Source of the DNA: a virus
Virus record (IMG/VR): IMGVR_UViG_3300007960_000014
Span: 1 to 64,000 of that record
Reading direction: 5' to 3' (one strand)
Length of the DNA: 64,000 bases
Positions 34,980-47,100 of this stretch are shown here, piece after piece. The stretch's first letter is position 1; each line of letters begins with the position of its first letter. The notes below the pieces were generated by a model. It was not told the DNA's origin. It did not search any database and saw nothing but the letters and a program-made list of their open reading frames with translations. Both the position numbers and the translations under genes were made by a program.

Positions 34980-36611
34980 TTATCCGCGTTGCAATGCAAT
35001 TCCTGTGGTGTAGCCAACTACTTTGTAGTATACTCCCTCGTCAAACCTAAGAGGAATTTCATATTGAATCGCGTTATCCCCAGAATCGTCCCTTCCTACT
35101 GGTTGCCAGTTGGCACCTCCACCAGCGCCGGTTAAGTCTCGCGAACCAGCAGCACGACATGCCAGAGCAACGAACATTGCATATCCTGGAGCTCCTACTT
35201 CAAGTGTTCCTGCACCGTTTTCGAAGCCTCCGCCGTCAGGTCCAGCCTGAAATGCATAAGCGGTGAATAAAATGTTAGTGATTTGGCTATGTATGTTTTC
35301 TAACCCAGGAATAGTTTTAAGCTTTACGGTTGTTAAAGGTTTAGTGCCGGTAACATTACTAAGGATTGTGTATGGAGTTGAAAGCCAAGACACGGACGTA
35401 CCTACTGTTTGCTCTCCAATAATAGGAATATTGTCTACTTGAGCTTGGAGAGTTCCAATTAACGTATTGAGCTGGTCTATTTGAGATTGAATGGTGCCTG
35501 CACTGAAGTTTCTATTAATTTCGTAGGCAAACTTTTTATTAATCGACCGTAGAGTAGTGAACGGATTTAGTATGTTAGGAGCATCAGCAGTAGCAATCGC
35601 CTGTCTTTCAGGTAATGTTAATTCATTAGACCTAAAGAATGGTCTTATATCAATGAGATTATCTTCTGTTAATGCCGTGCCTTCAATATAATTGAAAGGA
35701 ACTAGTACGTAACATATAGGTAATCCAAAACTACTATTGCTTTGGCTAGCAACATAATCAACTAAATCAGCAACATTGATAGACGCTCCATCAGGACTTT
35801 GGCGAAGCGGAGTGTTTTCATATCCTTTTGAATTTAAAATATCAGCAGTAGGAACAGTTGTAAATAAAGGTTTGCCATCTCCAGGGTTAGTCTTTGCTTC
35901 GATTAATACAGGAGGTACATTATTTACATCCTGAATCATTGTTCTAGGATTGCTCTTTGTGCCAGTGTTTTCGTATCGAGGTAGGTCGGTTCCTGACCTG
36001 CCGAAAGCACCGTTAGCTCCTCTAATAAAATAAGCTCCTCGTAAAACAGACAAGGACGGGGTTCCTCCGTCTTGGTCTTCGGATTTCTCTGCTTTGACGT
36101 ACACTAAGTCTAGTCTGTACGCAGGAGGCAGGGAGTCTGAATCTGCTGGGTAGTCCTCTACGTTTCCGGCAGAAATCGGAACACTAGGTACGGTGCCGTC
36201 TTCATTTAATCTTAGTCTAACTAAAGACGTTCTCGCAGTTCCGCTAGCAAGAAATTGCGCATTTGATTCTACGTCAGTGGTTTTTACGTCAGCCGTTGGT
36301 AAACTTAAATCCTGATTGTCTTGGGTTTCTTCTAGTCCCGTAAACCTGTCGGACGCTGAATCCATTCTCGCCAAAAAATTACCAGGGTTAACAAAGACTC
36401 TACCGGGGTCGCCGTCTGATAAGAAGGGTTTTAGTTCCCCGAATGAAGCTCGTCCCTGAGTAACATCCAATTGGGAGCGAAGGTCGTCAATCTGAATCTG
36501 AAGTCTCTCATCGTTCGTCAACAAATCTTGCAAAGGTAGATTATCGACCTCGTAGTAATACGGGTCGTTTGGTAAGTAATACCGAATATTTTTATTAATT
36601 TTATCAGTCAT
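34980..36611 (-). CDS. Putative tail/baseplate structural protein
   Basis: 543 aa; N-terminus YYYEVDNLPL resembles that of the upstream 1334-aa protein; R.DLVY and IDIRPF motifs, coiled-coil segments. Confidence 0.55.
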   Translation of the reverse strand: MTDKINKNIRYYLPNDPYYYEVDNLPLQDLLTNDERLQIQIDDLRSQLDVTQGRASFGELKPFLSDGDPGRVFVNPGNFLARMDSASDRFTGLEETQDNQDLSLPTADVKTTDVESNAQFLASGTARTSLVRLRLNEDGTVPSVPISAGNVEDYPADSDSLPPAYRLDLVYVKAEKSEDQDGGTPSLSVLRGAYFIRGANGAFGRSGTDLPRYENTGTKSNPRTMIQDVNNVPPVLIEAKTNPGDGKPLFTTVPTADILNSKGYENTPLRQSPDGASINVADLVDYVASQSNSSFGLPICYVLVPFNYIEGTALTEDNLIDIRPFFRSNELTLPERQAIATADAPNILNPFTTLRSINKKFAYEINRNFSAGTIQSQIDQLNTLIGTLQAQVDNIPIIGEQTVGTSVSWLSTPYTILSNVTGTKPLTTVKLKTIPGLENIHSQITNILFTAYAFQAGPDGGGFENGAGTLEVGAPGYAMFVALACRAAGSRDLTGAGGGANWQPVGRDDSGDNAIQYEIPLRFDEGVYYKVVGYTTGIALQRG

Positions 36612-39600
36612 TATACTAAGGAATCTAAATCAAAGATGTTGAGTGAACGCACCCCAGGACTAAAATCTACGGCAGTAGGAGAACCATCTCTGCCTTCACC
36701 TCCCGTAGACACGGTGCTTCTGTATATAGATATGCCTCCAATTTGTCTAGTGGCTAGGTGTTTTGCATTTTGGAATAAGCAGGCTCCCGACTCATCTACA
36801 AAGTTTCTCATGTATCCTTGCCAATCTCCGTGAAGTGGTGGGATGGCAAACGCAGGAGAAGCAGTTATATTTGTTAAACCAGAATCAGTATTTTCAATAT
36901 ATGGGTTAATGTCCATACCTGAAGCGCTGCCTGGGTTAAAGCTAGCCGGGGTATAGTAGTTAATATCCGGGTTAACATAAGAAGCAACTCCCATAGTACC
37001 AGCAGGTAATCCAAAACCAAACACATAATCAGCTCCAGAAGTACTAAATCTGTCTTGGGTAGCTGGGTTTATTTGAGTGAAGTACCTTCTACCTTGAGCA
37101 CCATTCGATAAAGCTCCAGGAAGCGAGTTACCTTGTCCAAAGAAACTCATATATCCTTGAGAGTTGATTTGGTCTAATGCCCAACCTTCCCCGTCAGCGC
37201 CGAAAGTATATTGGTAAGAGCCAGATGTTGGCGTCACACTATTTTGCCACAGGTCTGAGCTAACTCCATAGAAAGTTTTAACATCCCCTCTGTGTCCTAG
37301 CATCAACCTAAAGATACCATAGTTTTGGAACCCAGCAGCTCCCACTTCACCATTATTGTTAGGGTTACCCGGAGTATACGTTGCATACCTTTGTGCCGCA
37401 CCAAATTCACCGAAATAATCCAAGGCTACTCCATTACCCCATTTGCCGGAAGGTCCATGATATCCTTTAGATACGCATTCCGAGTATGGGTTATTACCAT
37501 TAATTAATACATCTTGAACTTTGATTCTGGAAGTATCCGCGATATTCCAAATATGCAATCTAGTTCCAAAGCTAGATGCTTGGAAATGTATAGGAGGCAT
37601 TTGTGAACAATCTGAAGAGAAATCGTACTGATACTGATTGCCTTGACCTATTCCGCCTTCGTAAGCACCTCCACCTCCATTTCCTTGGAAACCTCCACTT
37701 GTGGCTTGGTCTCCCCAATCATTTCCGGGTTCTCCATCAGGATACTGTTCGCGTCCATAATTAGTAGGATTATAAACTACCCCTGATAAGTTGTGCTTAT
37801 TAACATCCATCTTAAAGTTTACACCAAGAACATCGATGTAACTTCCGTTAACAGCCCTTGCAACCATACCTCCCGTGGTAACGTTATCCATGGCTTCGGA
37901 CGCGGTATCAACAAGTAATCTACTTTGTCTGTGAGCTTTGCCCGTAGCTGAGGTTGCAGCATTGTACGCAGCTGGAGTGTTTGTGCTGAAGCCATTAGGA
38001 TACGTTTGCACGTATGCTCCACTACAGGAACTCCACCACAGTGAAGACGTTATATAATTTTCGCTCTTGTAAAGACCTGAGTACTTGACTGATATCGAAG
38101 AAGGTGCTGTGCCTTGTCCTGCGGCTCCAGGAACACTGCTTACAAATCCGAACGGGAATCCGCCTAGGTTTTCTAATATAATTCCTGAGTTTTTATTTGC
38201 AACAAAGCAGGCTCTACTAGAGTGCACTTCTACCTGAGTATGATTTCTACTATCTAGGAGACCATACTTAACCACTTCCGGGATAGCTCCGTTTGAGGGA
38301 GTAGTGAACTTAACTAGAGAATTGTTATCCGCTAATGCGCCAACTCCAAATCTAGAAATTTTAGTAGGTCCAGTAAGTTCAATAGTCGAACCATTATCCG
38401 CACAGATAGGGCTAGAAGTCCAGACTCGTGCTTGAGAACCTATAGTTCCTCCACTAGTATCCAAGAAGAATGTAGTATTAGACGCATTCGTTCCTCTAAA
38501 CGCTACTTTAGAACCGTCTGTTACGTAGGCGATTCTACCTTTGCCTGGAGAGTTCTCCTCGGCAGCTGCGCAGAAGTTAACTAACTCCACATCAGAGTTT
38601 CCTTCAACAACCACACAAGGAACATCGGTTGCGCTGCCTCCATTATACCCGGCGTCATTCTTATACCTAGAATACTCCGAGCCGTGCCAAGTTGCAAAGC
38701 TTCCGGAAGCAGCATTATCAGTGTCGTTTCTTCCTTCGTAGTAATCTATTGATTGTCCTCCCCAGTTGCCCATGTAGTCTGGGATAGAGGAGGCATTTGT
38801 ATCTTGGTACCAAGGTTTTACTGAAGAGTTGTTAGCTGCCCTTAGGTTCTGTCCATTATAGCTTACCGCAAAAGCGGGTTTGCTTTGTAACCAAGTTCCG
38901 TTAAAAACCTGACCCCCGTTGGGTATTCTGTAATTTCCACCGGCATTATATCCATAAAGCTCGTCTCCTCGGTAGCCGTATACTAGTTGAGAGCCCTCTA
39001 AATTAATGCCTAGTCCTTGGTTATCATCAGACGTAAACTGAGGAGACCTCATAACACTGTTTAATAATTTAAATCCTTCTCTATTATTAAACACATCCCA
39101 ACGTCCCAAATAATTTAACTCAGAGTTAATAGCCTCCACGCCGTAGAGATAATTTTGATAGGATTGAATAATGCCTGTAGTATAATCAAGACCTCCAGCG
39201 TTAGGACGAACTTCTCCATCTTGGAAAGTGCCTCCTTCAATTGTCGAGTTATTTAATTGAATTCCAATATCATTCTTAGCGAACGTAACTTGGAACCGGT
39301 TGAATGAGGTTAAAACCCCCGTGCCTAATGGGGTATCAGAAAAAACAATAGTAGAATTATTTGATTTCAGTCCCGTACCAAAATACTTTTTACTTCGCGT
39401 TCCATCAGTATTTTTTGGGTAAACTCTATAGGCAATCATGTTTCCCAAAACACCAATCTCGGAGTTTCTGAAACGGAAGCCGCTAGACCGTGTTCTACAA
39501 ACCGCTGCGTTTTGTAAAATAATATCAGAAGAGTTTACGTCGAATCCGTGTTCCGTATTGTGGCTTAGCAAGAACGAAGCTTCAGAGTCTGTTCCACTAG

Positions 39601-40615
39601 CTCCGTCAACACAGATATTTGTAAACTTAATATCCCCGTTACAGTTTTTTACCGTAACCCCACGGAAATAGTTGCCATACATAGCAACGGATAATCTGTT
39701 TTTACCGTACGTAGCTGCAGCTTCATTATCATCATCTAGCTGCACTCTTCTTATTTCTAAGTTTTCCCCGAACCCTGATTGGGTTCTAGGAGCAAAATCG
39801 GTTCTAGTGGCTACGACACTACTAACAATAGATTTGTCTATGCTTCTTTTATATGGATTAATGGTTATCTCATCAGTAGCAGTGAATTCAGCTCCTTTAG
39901 AGAAGTACATTCTATCCGATTCATTATTTGTGTCGGGAGCTTTCTGAGCAAAGACAGTGGTAAAATAATTTTTCGTTACAGTATCTTGTTGTGCTAAGGC
40001 AGTGCCATTATAAAAAATTTCCCCTAGGCGTACTGAGGAGACTGCTTTAATACTGCCTTGAAGTCCACTAGCCTCATTAGGGCTATGAATTTTAGTTAGA
40101 GCGCTAAACTGTAAAGTAGTACCGGACGGGTTTGTAATTTGGTCATTAATACTAGCTTCAGTTTTCCCGGCGGCTGTAAGAGCAACCACAGTCTTGGTTA
40201 CGGCAGAAGGTCCATAGCCAAAGTTTTGGTTTCTAACTTCAAGCTTTCCTTGACCAACTGTAGTAATATCATTGAAGGTTACTGCTCCTAAGTCCCCGTA
40301 AGTACACAATTCAATAAGTAAGGGGAAGGATAGCCTGTTTGGAATCCGAGCAATAATATCATCCATGTTATCATAGATTCCGTTAGCCTCATCAGCTACA
40401 GAAGATAACGTCATAGTAGTGGGTTTGTATTCTTCTCCTGGATAACCAGCATACTGATGAAGCAAATTAGTTCTTTCGATTAATTTAGCAAGAGGAATGT
40501 TATCTTGCTCCCAGTTATAGAACGTGCTGGCATCGAATAAATACCCCTCCTCAAATGTTCTCTTTAGAACATTGTTGCCTCCAGCGGAGCTAAAATCAGT
40601 TATATTAGTAGCCAT
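36611..40615 (-). CDS. Large tail spike/fibre-like protein with right-handed beta-helix repeats
   Basis: 1334 aa; repeated N..G(F/I).L.NS turns (HGFDVNSS, SGFRFRNS, IGIQLNNS, YGVEAINS, EGFKLLNS). Confidence 0.65.
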   Translation of the reverse strand: MATNITDFSSAGGNNVLKRTFEEGYLFDASTFYNWEQDNIPLAKLIERTNLLHQYAGYPGEEYKPTTMTLSSVADEANGIYDNMDDIIARIPNRLSFPLLIELCTYGDLGAVTFNDITTVGQGKLEVRNQNFGYGPSAVTKTVVALTAAGKTEASINDQITNPSGTTLQFSALTKIHSPNEASGLQGSIKAVSSVRLGEIFYNGTALAQQDTVTKNYFTTVFAQKAPDTNNESDRMYFSKGAEFTATDEITINPYKRSIDKSIVSSVVATRTDFAPRTQSGFGENLEIRRVQLDDDNEAAATYGKNRLSVAMYGNYFRGVTVKNCNGDIKFTNICVDGASGTDSEASFLLSHNTEHGFDVNSSDIILQNAAVCRTRSSGFRFRNSEIGVLGNMIAYRVYPKNTDGTRSKKYFGTGLKSNNSTIVFSDTPLGTGVLTSFNRFQVTFAKNDIGIQLNNSTIEGGTFQDGEVRPNAGGLDYTTGIIQSYQNYLYGVEAINSELNYLGRWDVFNNREGFKLLNSVMRSPQFTSDDNQGLGINLEGSQLVYGYRGDELYGYNAGGNYRIPNGGQVFNGTWLQSKPAFAVSYNGQNLRAANNSSVKPWYQDTNASSIPDYMGNWGGQSIDYYEGRNDTDNAASGSFATWHGSEYSRYKNDAGYNGGSATDVPCVVVEGNSDVELVNFCAAAEENSPGKGRIAYVTDGSKVAFRGTNASNTTFFLDTSGGTIGSQARVWTSSPICADNGSTIELTGPTKISRFGVGALADNNSLVKFTTPSNGAIPEVVKYGLLDSRNHTQVEVHSSRACFVANKNSGIILENLGGFPFGFVSSVPGAAGQGTAPSSISVKYSGLYKSENYITSSLWWSSCSGAYVQTYPNGFSTNTPAAYNAATSATGKAHRQSRLLVDTASEAMDNVTTGGMVARAVNGSYIDVLGVNFKMDVNKHNLSGVVYNPTNYGREQYPDGEPGNDWGDQATSGGFQGNGGGGAYEGGIGQGNQYQYDFSSDCSQMPPIHFQASSFGTRLHIWNIADTSRIKVQDVLINGNNPYSECVSKGYHGPSGKWGNGVALDYFGEFGAAQRYATYTPGNPNNNGEVGAAGFQNYGIFRLMLGHRGDVKTFYGVSSDLWQNSVTPTSGSYQYTFGADGEGWALDQINSQGYMSFFGQGNSLPGALSNGAQGRRYFTQINPATQDRFSTSGADYVFGFGLPAGTMGVASYVNPDINYYTPASFNPGSASGMDINPYIENTDSGLTNITASPAFAIPPLHGDWQGYMRNFVDESGACLFQNAKHLATRQIGGISIYRSTVSTGGEGRDGSPTAVDFSPGVRSLNIFDLDSLV

Positions 40616-41190
40616 TAGAATTCAATTGTCCATCTAAAATCTAGAATAAAGTCCGACGTTTTTGTTATGTCGTTAAATTTTCTATAAGCACATAAGTAAG
40701 ATTTGCCTATTGTCGTTTGGTGTGGGTTTTTACTGAACAAGCCTATCTCATTTAAAACTTGGCTATTCGCAGTGTTTTCATCAAGGATTATGCGCCATCT
40801 AACTTTTGTATCCGTTACTTTATCTATGTACGCATTGGGAATTACACCAAAACCCTCCCCTCTATGCTCGATGCCTGACGCAACTAAACTTTGTTCTACC
40901 GTTTCGATTGTGTCGCCATAAGCTGTTCTTGCAATCGCAGCTCCTAGTCTACCATTGGAAGATACTTGATAGTTAAAAGTGCTATCGCCCTCAGTTCCAA
41001 GTTGGAACAAAGTAATTTGAAAATTTCTTATATCTGAAGTTGCTGAAGCACCAAAAGCTAACGCCAAGCTAGCTCCCATTCCACTACAAACAACATTGTC
41101 TTCTTCAAAGTGCAACTCCTCACCTCCATCTGGAAAAACTTTCCAAATCTCTAGGTGTCCCTTGTAATCGCAGTAGTCGTTAAAATTCAT
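40615..41190 (-). CDS. Baseplate / fibre-attachment protein
   Basis: G.LEIW, NVV..G, LG, LNEIGLF, RKF..ITKT...DFRWTIEF pattern of fibre-attachment domains. Confidence 0.65.
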   Translation of the reverse strand: MNFNDYCDYKGHLEIWKVFPDGGEELHFEEDNVVCSGMGASLALAFGASATSDIRNFQITLFQLGTEGDSTFNYQVSSNGRLGAAIARTAYGDTIETVEQSLVASGIEHRGEGFGVIPNAYIDKVTDTKVRWRIILDENTANSQVLNEIGLFSKNPHQTTIGKSYLCAYRKFNDITKTSDFILDFRWTIEF

Positions 41191-41191
41191 G

Positions 41192-44100
41192 CTAAAAATA
41201 TAGTGTCCATATTATAGTTAGTTTATCTGAGTTATCTCCAAGTTTTAATCCTCCTGGGAAAAATACTTTCTTAGCAAACAAATCAAACACGGGTTCATTT
41301 TCAATTAATTGTTCTGAGGTATATAGGCTACTATCGTAGTATGCACCATCATAGACTCTATCAATACTCATAAAGTTAGGAGCGCTCCAATCTGTGCTGA
41401 ACGCACTTACATCATTGTCCAGATATCCGGAATCAGTGAGGGCAAAATTATAGTCAGCAATTACATCCCCATTTGTAGTATTAGTTAATTTAACTTCGTC
41501 TAATCTAATCTCATTCCTGCCTGCCAACGAGGTTTCTTGGTCTTTGGCGAAGTACCACATGACATCATTTTCGCCTGCGGCAGACGCTGCTATGGAGAAT
41601 GATTTATTGAAGCTTTGCCATTGATTTTGTTTTCCAGCAAGCTCAACAACTCCAAAATGAGGAGAGCTTACATACCCTTTGGGAGTTCCTTGAGTCCCTA
41701 AATCGTCAACAACTTTATATTTAAATGATAAGGTCATTGCGTTTCCAACCCCTGAAGCCCAGCCCGATGGGTCAAAGGAAGGAGAACCAAAACCTGTATG
41801 GAACAACCGAGAAACATTTTTTCTATTAACGTTATCCACAGGCTCTTCTTTTGCCCGCAAACACATAGAGTTTCGATATTGGGCTCCTTCAACAACGGCA
41901 GCGGGTGTAGGAGCTCCAGCATACCCAGCCAAATCACCCAAAGTCATTGTACTACTAAAGGGATATTGTGAGCCTGAAACCAAATACGGGGGAACAGCCA
42001 TAGCTCTTTCGCTTCCTCGTTTCCGGGCTGTTTCTATCAAATTCATTGTATGCAAACCAACAGATTCAATGCCTCCATATTTCTTATCAAGAAGCTCCCA
42101 TTCATCCCGTGATAGTGTAATCGCATACTTAACTCTAGGCTGTGCCATATCATCTCCAGGAGCACAAAGTCTCCTCAATGACAGATTGTCTACAGCCATG
42201 ACTGATGAAACAGCGTTTGCTGGAGATGCTGCACCCAGTGTATCATATATAAGGTTATGCCATTGTAGGTGACCATCAAGCTCCCCAGTCAGTGGCTCGT
42301 AAAAACCTACCGCGCTGACGGAAGAAAATTCATTTGGACTGTTATCTTGTAGCCACTTCATCTCTGTGTCAGAGGCTAAGACTAAGAACTCTGTATCCGT
42401 TCCGGTATCAGACTGCTCTAATAGCGCTACCGTTTGGTCCCGCCCGTCTCCACCTAAAAATTGAACATCTTGCTCCGCCAAATAGTTATAACCACTTGGA
42501 GCTGTTTCTTGATTAAACGAATAAGACAGTCCTTTAAGGTTTGCAGGCTCACCATCGTCGTCTCCAGACAATACTAAAGACCATCTAGAATCCCCTGGCT
42601 TCGAAGCATAAGCCCACTGTTGACCGGGGGTTGTATTCGGGTTGGTTCCTGATGTTATGGAAGAAAGGAAAGATATAGAGTCTCTTCCTTGTAGTCCTGT
42701 ATACCAATTGTTTGCTCCGTCATGGTCGTTAGTGCTTCCGCTAACCAGATAACCTCCTTCAAAGTTACCGTTGCTTCCCATCACATCAACTGAGGAAACG
42801 GATAATAAATTATCAGTTAAGTAAAATACTCCGTAAGAACCTACGTGCGGAGCCTTTGTCTTAGCAGTAGAGGAAAAATAAACATCGTAACACGGCTGCA
42901 TTACAAATCCACAACTAGAATCAAACAAAGTACTTTTGCCATAAGGCATTCTTTGCTGCTCTAGAATGTAACCATTAGGAGTGATTACGGAGAACCGGTT
43001 AAGATTTCCATACAACGTCGTGGGAGTATCTGTTGCTGCTCCTCCCGCGCCCGACATATACAATATCCCTTCCGCAGGGGGATAACATCCATCAACCAAG
43101 GCTTCTTCTAAAGTTTTATCTCCAGTTGCATAATTAGCCGAAGTATAGAACTCAATATTGTTTAAGAAGTGACCTAGCTTTCCAGGAGTTCCTGGCGTGG
43201 CAGGTTGAATTGAAGTATCTTCTGGGTTTGGGAACTCAGGATAGACAGAGCTAACATCTTTATAGTCATACTGAGAATAGAACCTAAGGTTCCGAAGGTA
43301 AAACTGACCTTTGCCCGTCTGCGGAGCAAACATTACAGTAAATATTCTTGGGTCAGAGGTTCTGCCTTCCCACTTAGGAATACTAATACCACTAGTAATC
43401 CAGTCATGTCCTGGGTAGTAATCTTTTAAAGACTCGTTTGGAACCTTAAAAGGCTTCGTAACCTTTCTATACTTTGATAGCGAAAGAGGATAATTGTCGT
43501 TATCTACCAGCCACGTATTTGTTGTGAAATCCCATACCTGCCGTTCTTTCGTATCTGTGTTGTATATTTGGAAAGCTTTGTACAGACTATCGAAACCTCC
43601 GCCCCAATGGTCTACAGCAACGGAAGCTTCTTTACTAGTAAAGCCAAGGTTAGATATGTAATCTGAGTAGCAAATAGTAGGCTTCTGGTACTTGGTCGTA
43701 TCCGAACCAGAAACACCTAAGAATTGAGTGCCGGAAAAATCTCTTACAAAGATTTTAGGAATATCAGGCTCGTCTGTTTGAGGGTCTACAAAGTGAGTAT
43801 GCCACCCTCCTACTAAGCCTACAGGAACATTGTCTACCTCTTCTGAAGTAGAAATGTTAGATTGATTAGATAGAATCGGACCGCCGTAAGCTCCTAGGGA
43901 AACGTCAACTAGCTCAACTTTATTTATTTTTACAGAACAGCCCTTGTTAAAGATTAAGAACAAGCTGTAAGTACTATTTTCGGTTGCACTTCCTTTCGCC
44001 GCGAAAGATGTTCCGTCGCTTCCGTTGGCTAGTGTTCCCATCATCTCATTCATACCATGAATAGGAATACAGATTTGGCTGTTGCCGGATAGTGAATATT

Positions 44101-47100
44101 CAGTGCTTGGAATTCCTTCCCCTAAAGAACCACTTAGGCTTTGTGGAGAAACAGCAAACAAGTCGCTTTCACTAGTTCCAATTTTAGTCCAAGTCCCATC
44201 CCCATCATAAAAGAATACCCTTGGTTGAATAGCCTCAGTAGGTACGTCCGCTAAATTATATTGGAAGTGAGCTACAGTATCAGTGCACGTAGGATAGTTT
44301 CCTCTTATTGAGAAGTCTGTAACGTAGCATTGTTGATTTGCTATACTCTCTGCGCTCGTATCGTCCTTATCTACGTCTCCATCCTTTGCAATCGTAAAGA
44401 ACTCGAATCCCGCGCTAAAGGTATCATCATCGTTTAGTATCCACGCAGCCTGTCTGTTAATAGCTGGAGTGTAAACTAGCTGCTCTTCGTTTCTAATCTC
44501 ATTAAACGGACTCCCTCCCTTACTAAATCTAAATCTATAGTTTTCTATATCCGGGTCTTCCGCAGCGGGCTTGTCTCCGACAAAACGTTTGAGAGAAAAA
44601 TTATAATAAAAACGAGTAGACTGAGGTCCGTTTAAAAATAAGTAACAACCAACATCTCTACTATCTGATATTGCATTAGATTCTAGTTCAGAGGTGTAAG
44701 TGGCGGATAGTTCGCGTCGTGCGCTATCCACACTAAAAGTATACTTAGAGTTAGGAGCTAACGGAACATACAAGAATTGAGAAGGATGAAATTGTACTGC
44801 CCTCTCATCTCTATTGTGGTATTCTGGGTTAGTAGTAGGAAGACCTCGATAGGAATCAACCTTTCTATCCGCAGCGCAGGGGTTTAGTATAGAGTTATAT
44901 CCTGTGTATAAATTACCGGTGTTGTTTCCGCCTCCGTTTACCCCGTGATATATTCCGATTAATTTAGCAACGTCGGACTCCCCGTTCTGATTGTTTGTAT
45001 AATCTGAATGCCATAACGAAACCGCTATTGAAGAGTCTTGGTTAAGTTGCTGCTTCTCAGCATCGATAATTAGATTATATTTTTTGTTTGGGTCGATGTC
45101 TGAGAAGGTTTGACCTATGTAGGTCAGCTCATCAAAGTTACTACCGTTGGTTGCATTGAAATTGGCTAATGCGTCAACCGCACTAAACATTATTCCCGTG
45201 CCGTGGACTCCTCCTGGAAGTTGTAGCGAGGAGCGATTTGTAAGAGGATTGTTATTTAAGGCTTGGTGCCCGTACTCCCAGCCTTTCAGTCGTCCGAAAC
45301 GAATATTCTTAACAATGTACTTTGCAAGATGGTCAGCTCCGTCAACACCATCAGCGTCAATAATTATTCTAAACTTATCTCTAGTGTACGCTGTGGGTAA
45401 TGTAATAACTTTAGATACGCTTACAAACTCACCGGAAACAGCATTGCCATTTGCCTCACTAATCTCAAAAGGAACATTAGTTCCCCATTCCCCTTCTACA
45501 TACCCAGATGCATCGTCAGTCCTAAAAGCGTAGTAAGTATCTTTAGATTCATTTACCAAACTCACTTTAATTCCTTTTGAAGTCGCAGACGCCACATACA
45601 CATCCATAGACATAGTCATTATTGGAGTGTGCATACCTCCGTCATTTAACTCTACCGTAGAGAACCACTCCGCCGCATAGTTAGGAATATTAAAAGATTG
45701 AGATATACTTGCACAAGCACTTAGGTCAAACGATTGCAACGCAGATGCTTGCAGCACCGCTCCGGTTTCTCCTATCGAATTACGATACAGGGTTACTGAA
45801 CCCAACGCACTAGCTTCATCAATTGGGTTAGAAGAGTTGGATAGAGGATTTATTACATCCCAGTTGGCAAAATCCACTAACCCTAAAGAAGACGCTAAGT
45901 AATCTGGAGCGTTGGTTAAGAAGGAGTATTTGCTTAAATCAGAATTAAAGAGATAATTCTCTCTCTCACCAAACGTTGGATTAGCTACAGAATAAACGTC
46001 ACTATCGACAAGCTCTATACTTTCTAAAGCAACGAAGCCTTTTTCGTACAAGTATCTTCTAGGTAATATAAACCTAGCGACAAAATCACTACGAAGGTTA
46101 ACTAGGAAGTTATCTTCTCTTTGTGGTAGCGGGTCGAAGGAAACAACAGTAGGTTGATTTGGTTTTAATTCAACTGTTTTATAATCTTCATAGGGTGTGA
46201 ATATCTTCCGCTCAAAATTAAAATATTCTTGTTTTTCGTATGCAGTACTGAAAGGAACATTAGGCTTAGTTCTTCTATAAAATGCTACTTCAAAAGGAAC
46301 ACTAGATTCCCCGTTTAAGCGCAGAGTTATAGGCTGCGTTGGAAGTGAAGGAATGGGAGCGTCAACTATAACGTAATCCTGTCCTTTGGTTTTGGTCACG
46401 CAATAGGCATCTACCGTATCTCCTTTAGCATTAGTATAAGAATACTTAATCTCAGGCTCCCCTTCTACTTGAGTTTCAGGAAGCAGAGATGTACTCCTAG
46501 CTTGATTTCCATAAGATAGTTGCGCGGCTACGTTTTTATTTCCTTTATTTCCTACTGTATCAAAAATATGGTTATTAAGAGAAGGAGCTTTAGCAAATAT
46601 AACAGAGCTAACGCCACTCATCTCTAAGTATTGTGCGCTGGCTGCAGTATAGTTATACTGCACTCCGTACCGGGAATCATGAGCGTCAAAGTTCTGTTTA
46701 GCAGAACCCAAGGTCATAGCTTTTATTTGGTAGTTTCCTATTTCATCTAGATTAGGAGTCTTGTTTGTGTGCAGGCGGCGAACAACCACATTGTCTATGA
46801 AAAGTTGTGATTCGTCAAAGTTACTAGTGTTCGAATACGCAAAAGCATCTAAACACATAGTAGTTCCAGTGGTTGGTTGCCTGAAATCGTAAACCCCACT
46901 AACTGTAAACCAATCGTTGGTTGCCCACCCTGAATTAGAACTAGCTGCTAAAGTTACACTAGAAGTTGCGATATTGCCAGGAGTTAACTGTCTAAGCTTT
47001 ATGGTCTTATCGGCAATAGAACCATTACCGTTTTTAACGTCCGCCTGAACGTAATAGAAATATCCTGAAGGACAGGAGATACTACTAAGAACTAACCTAG

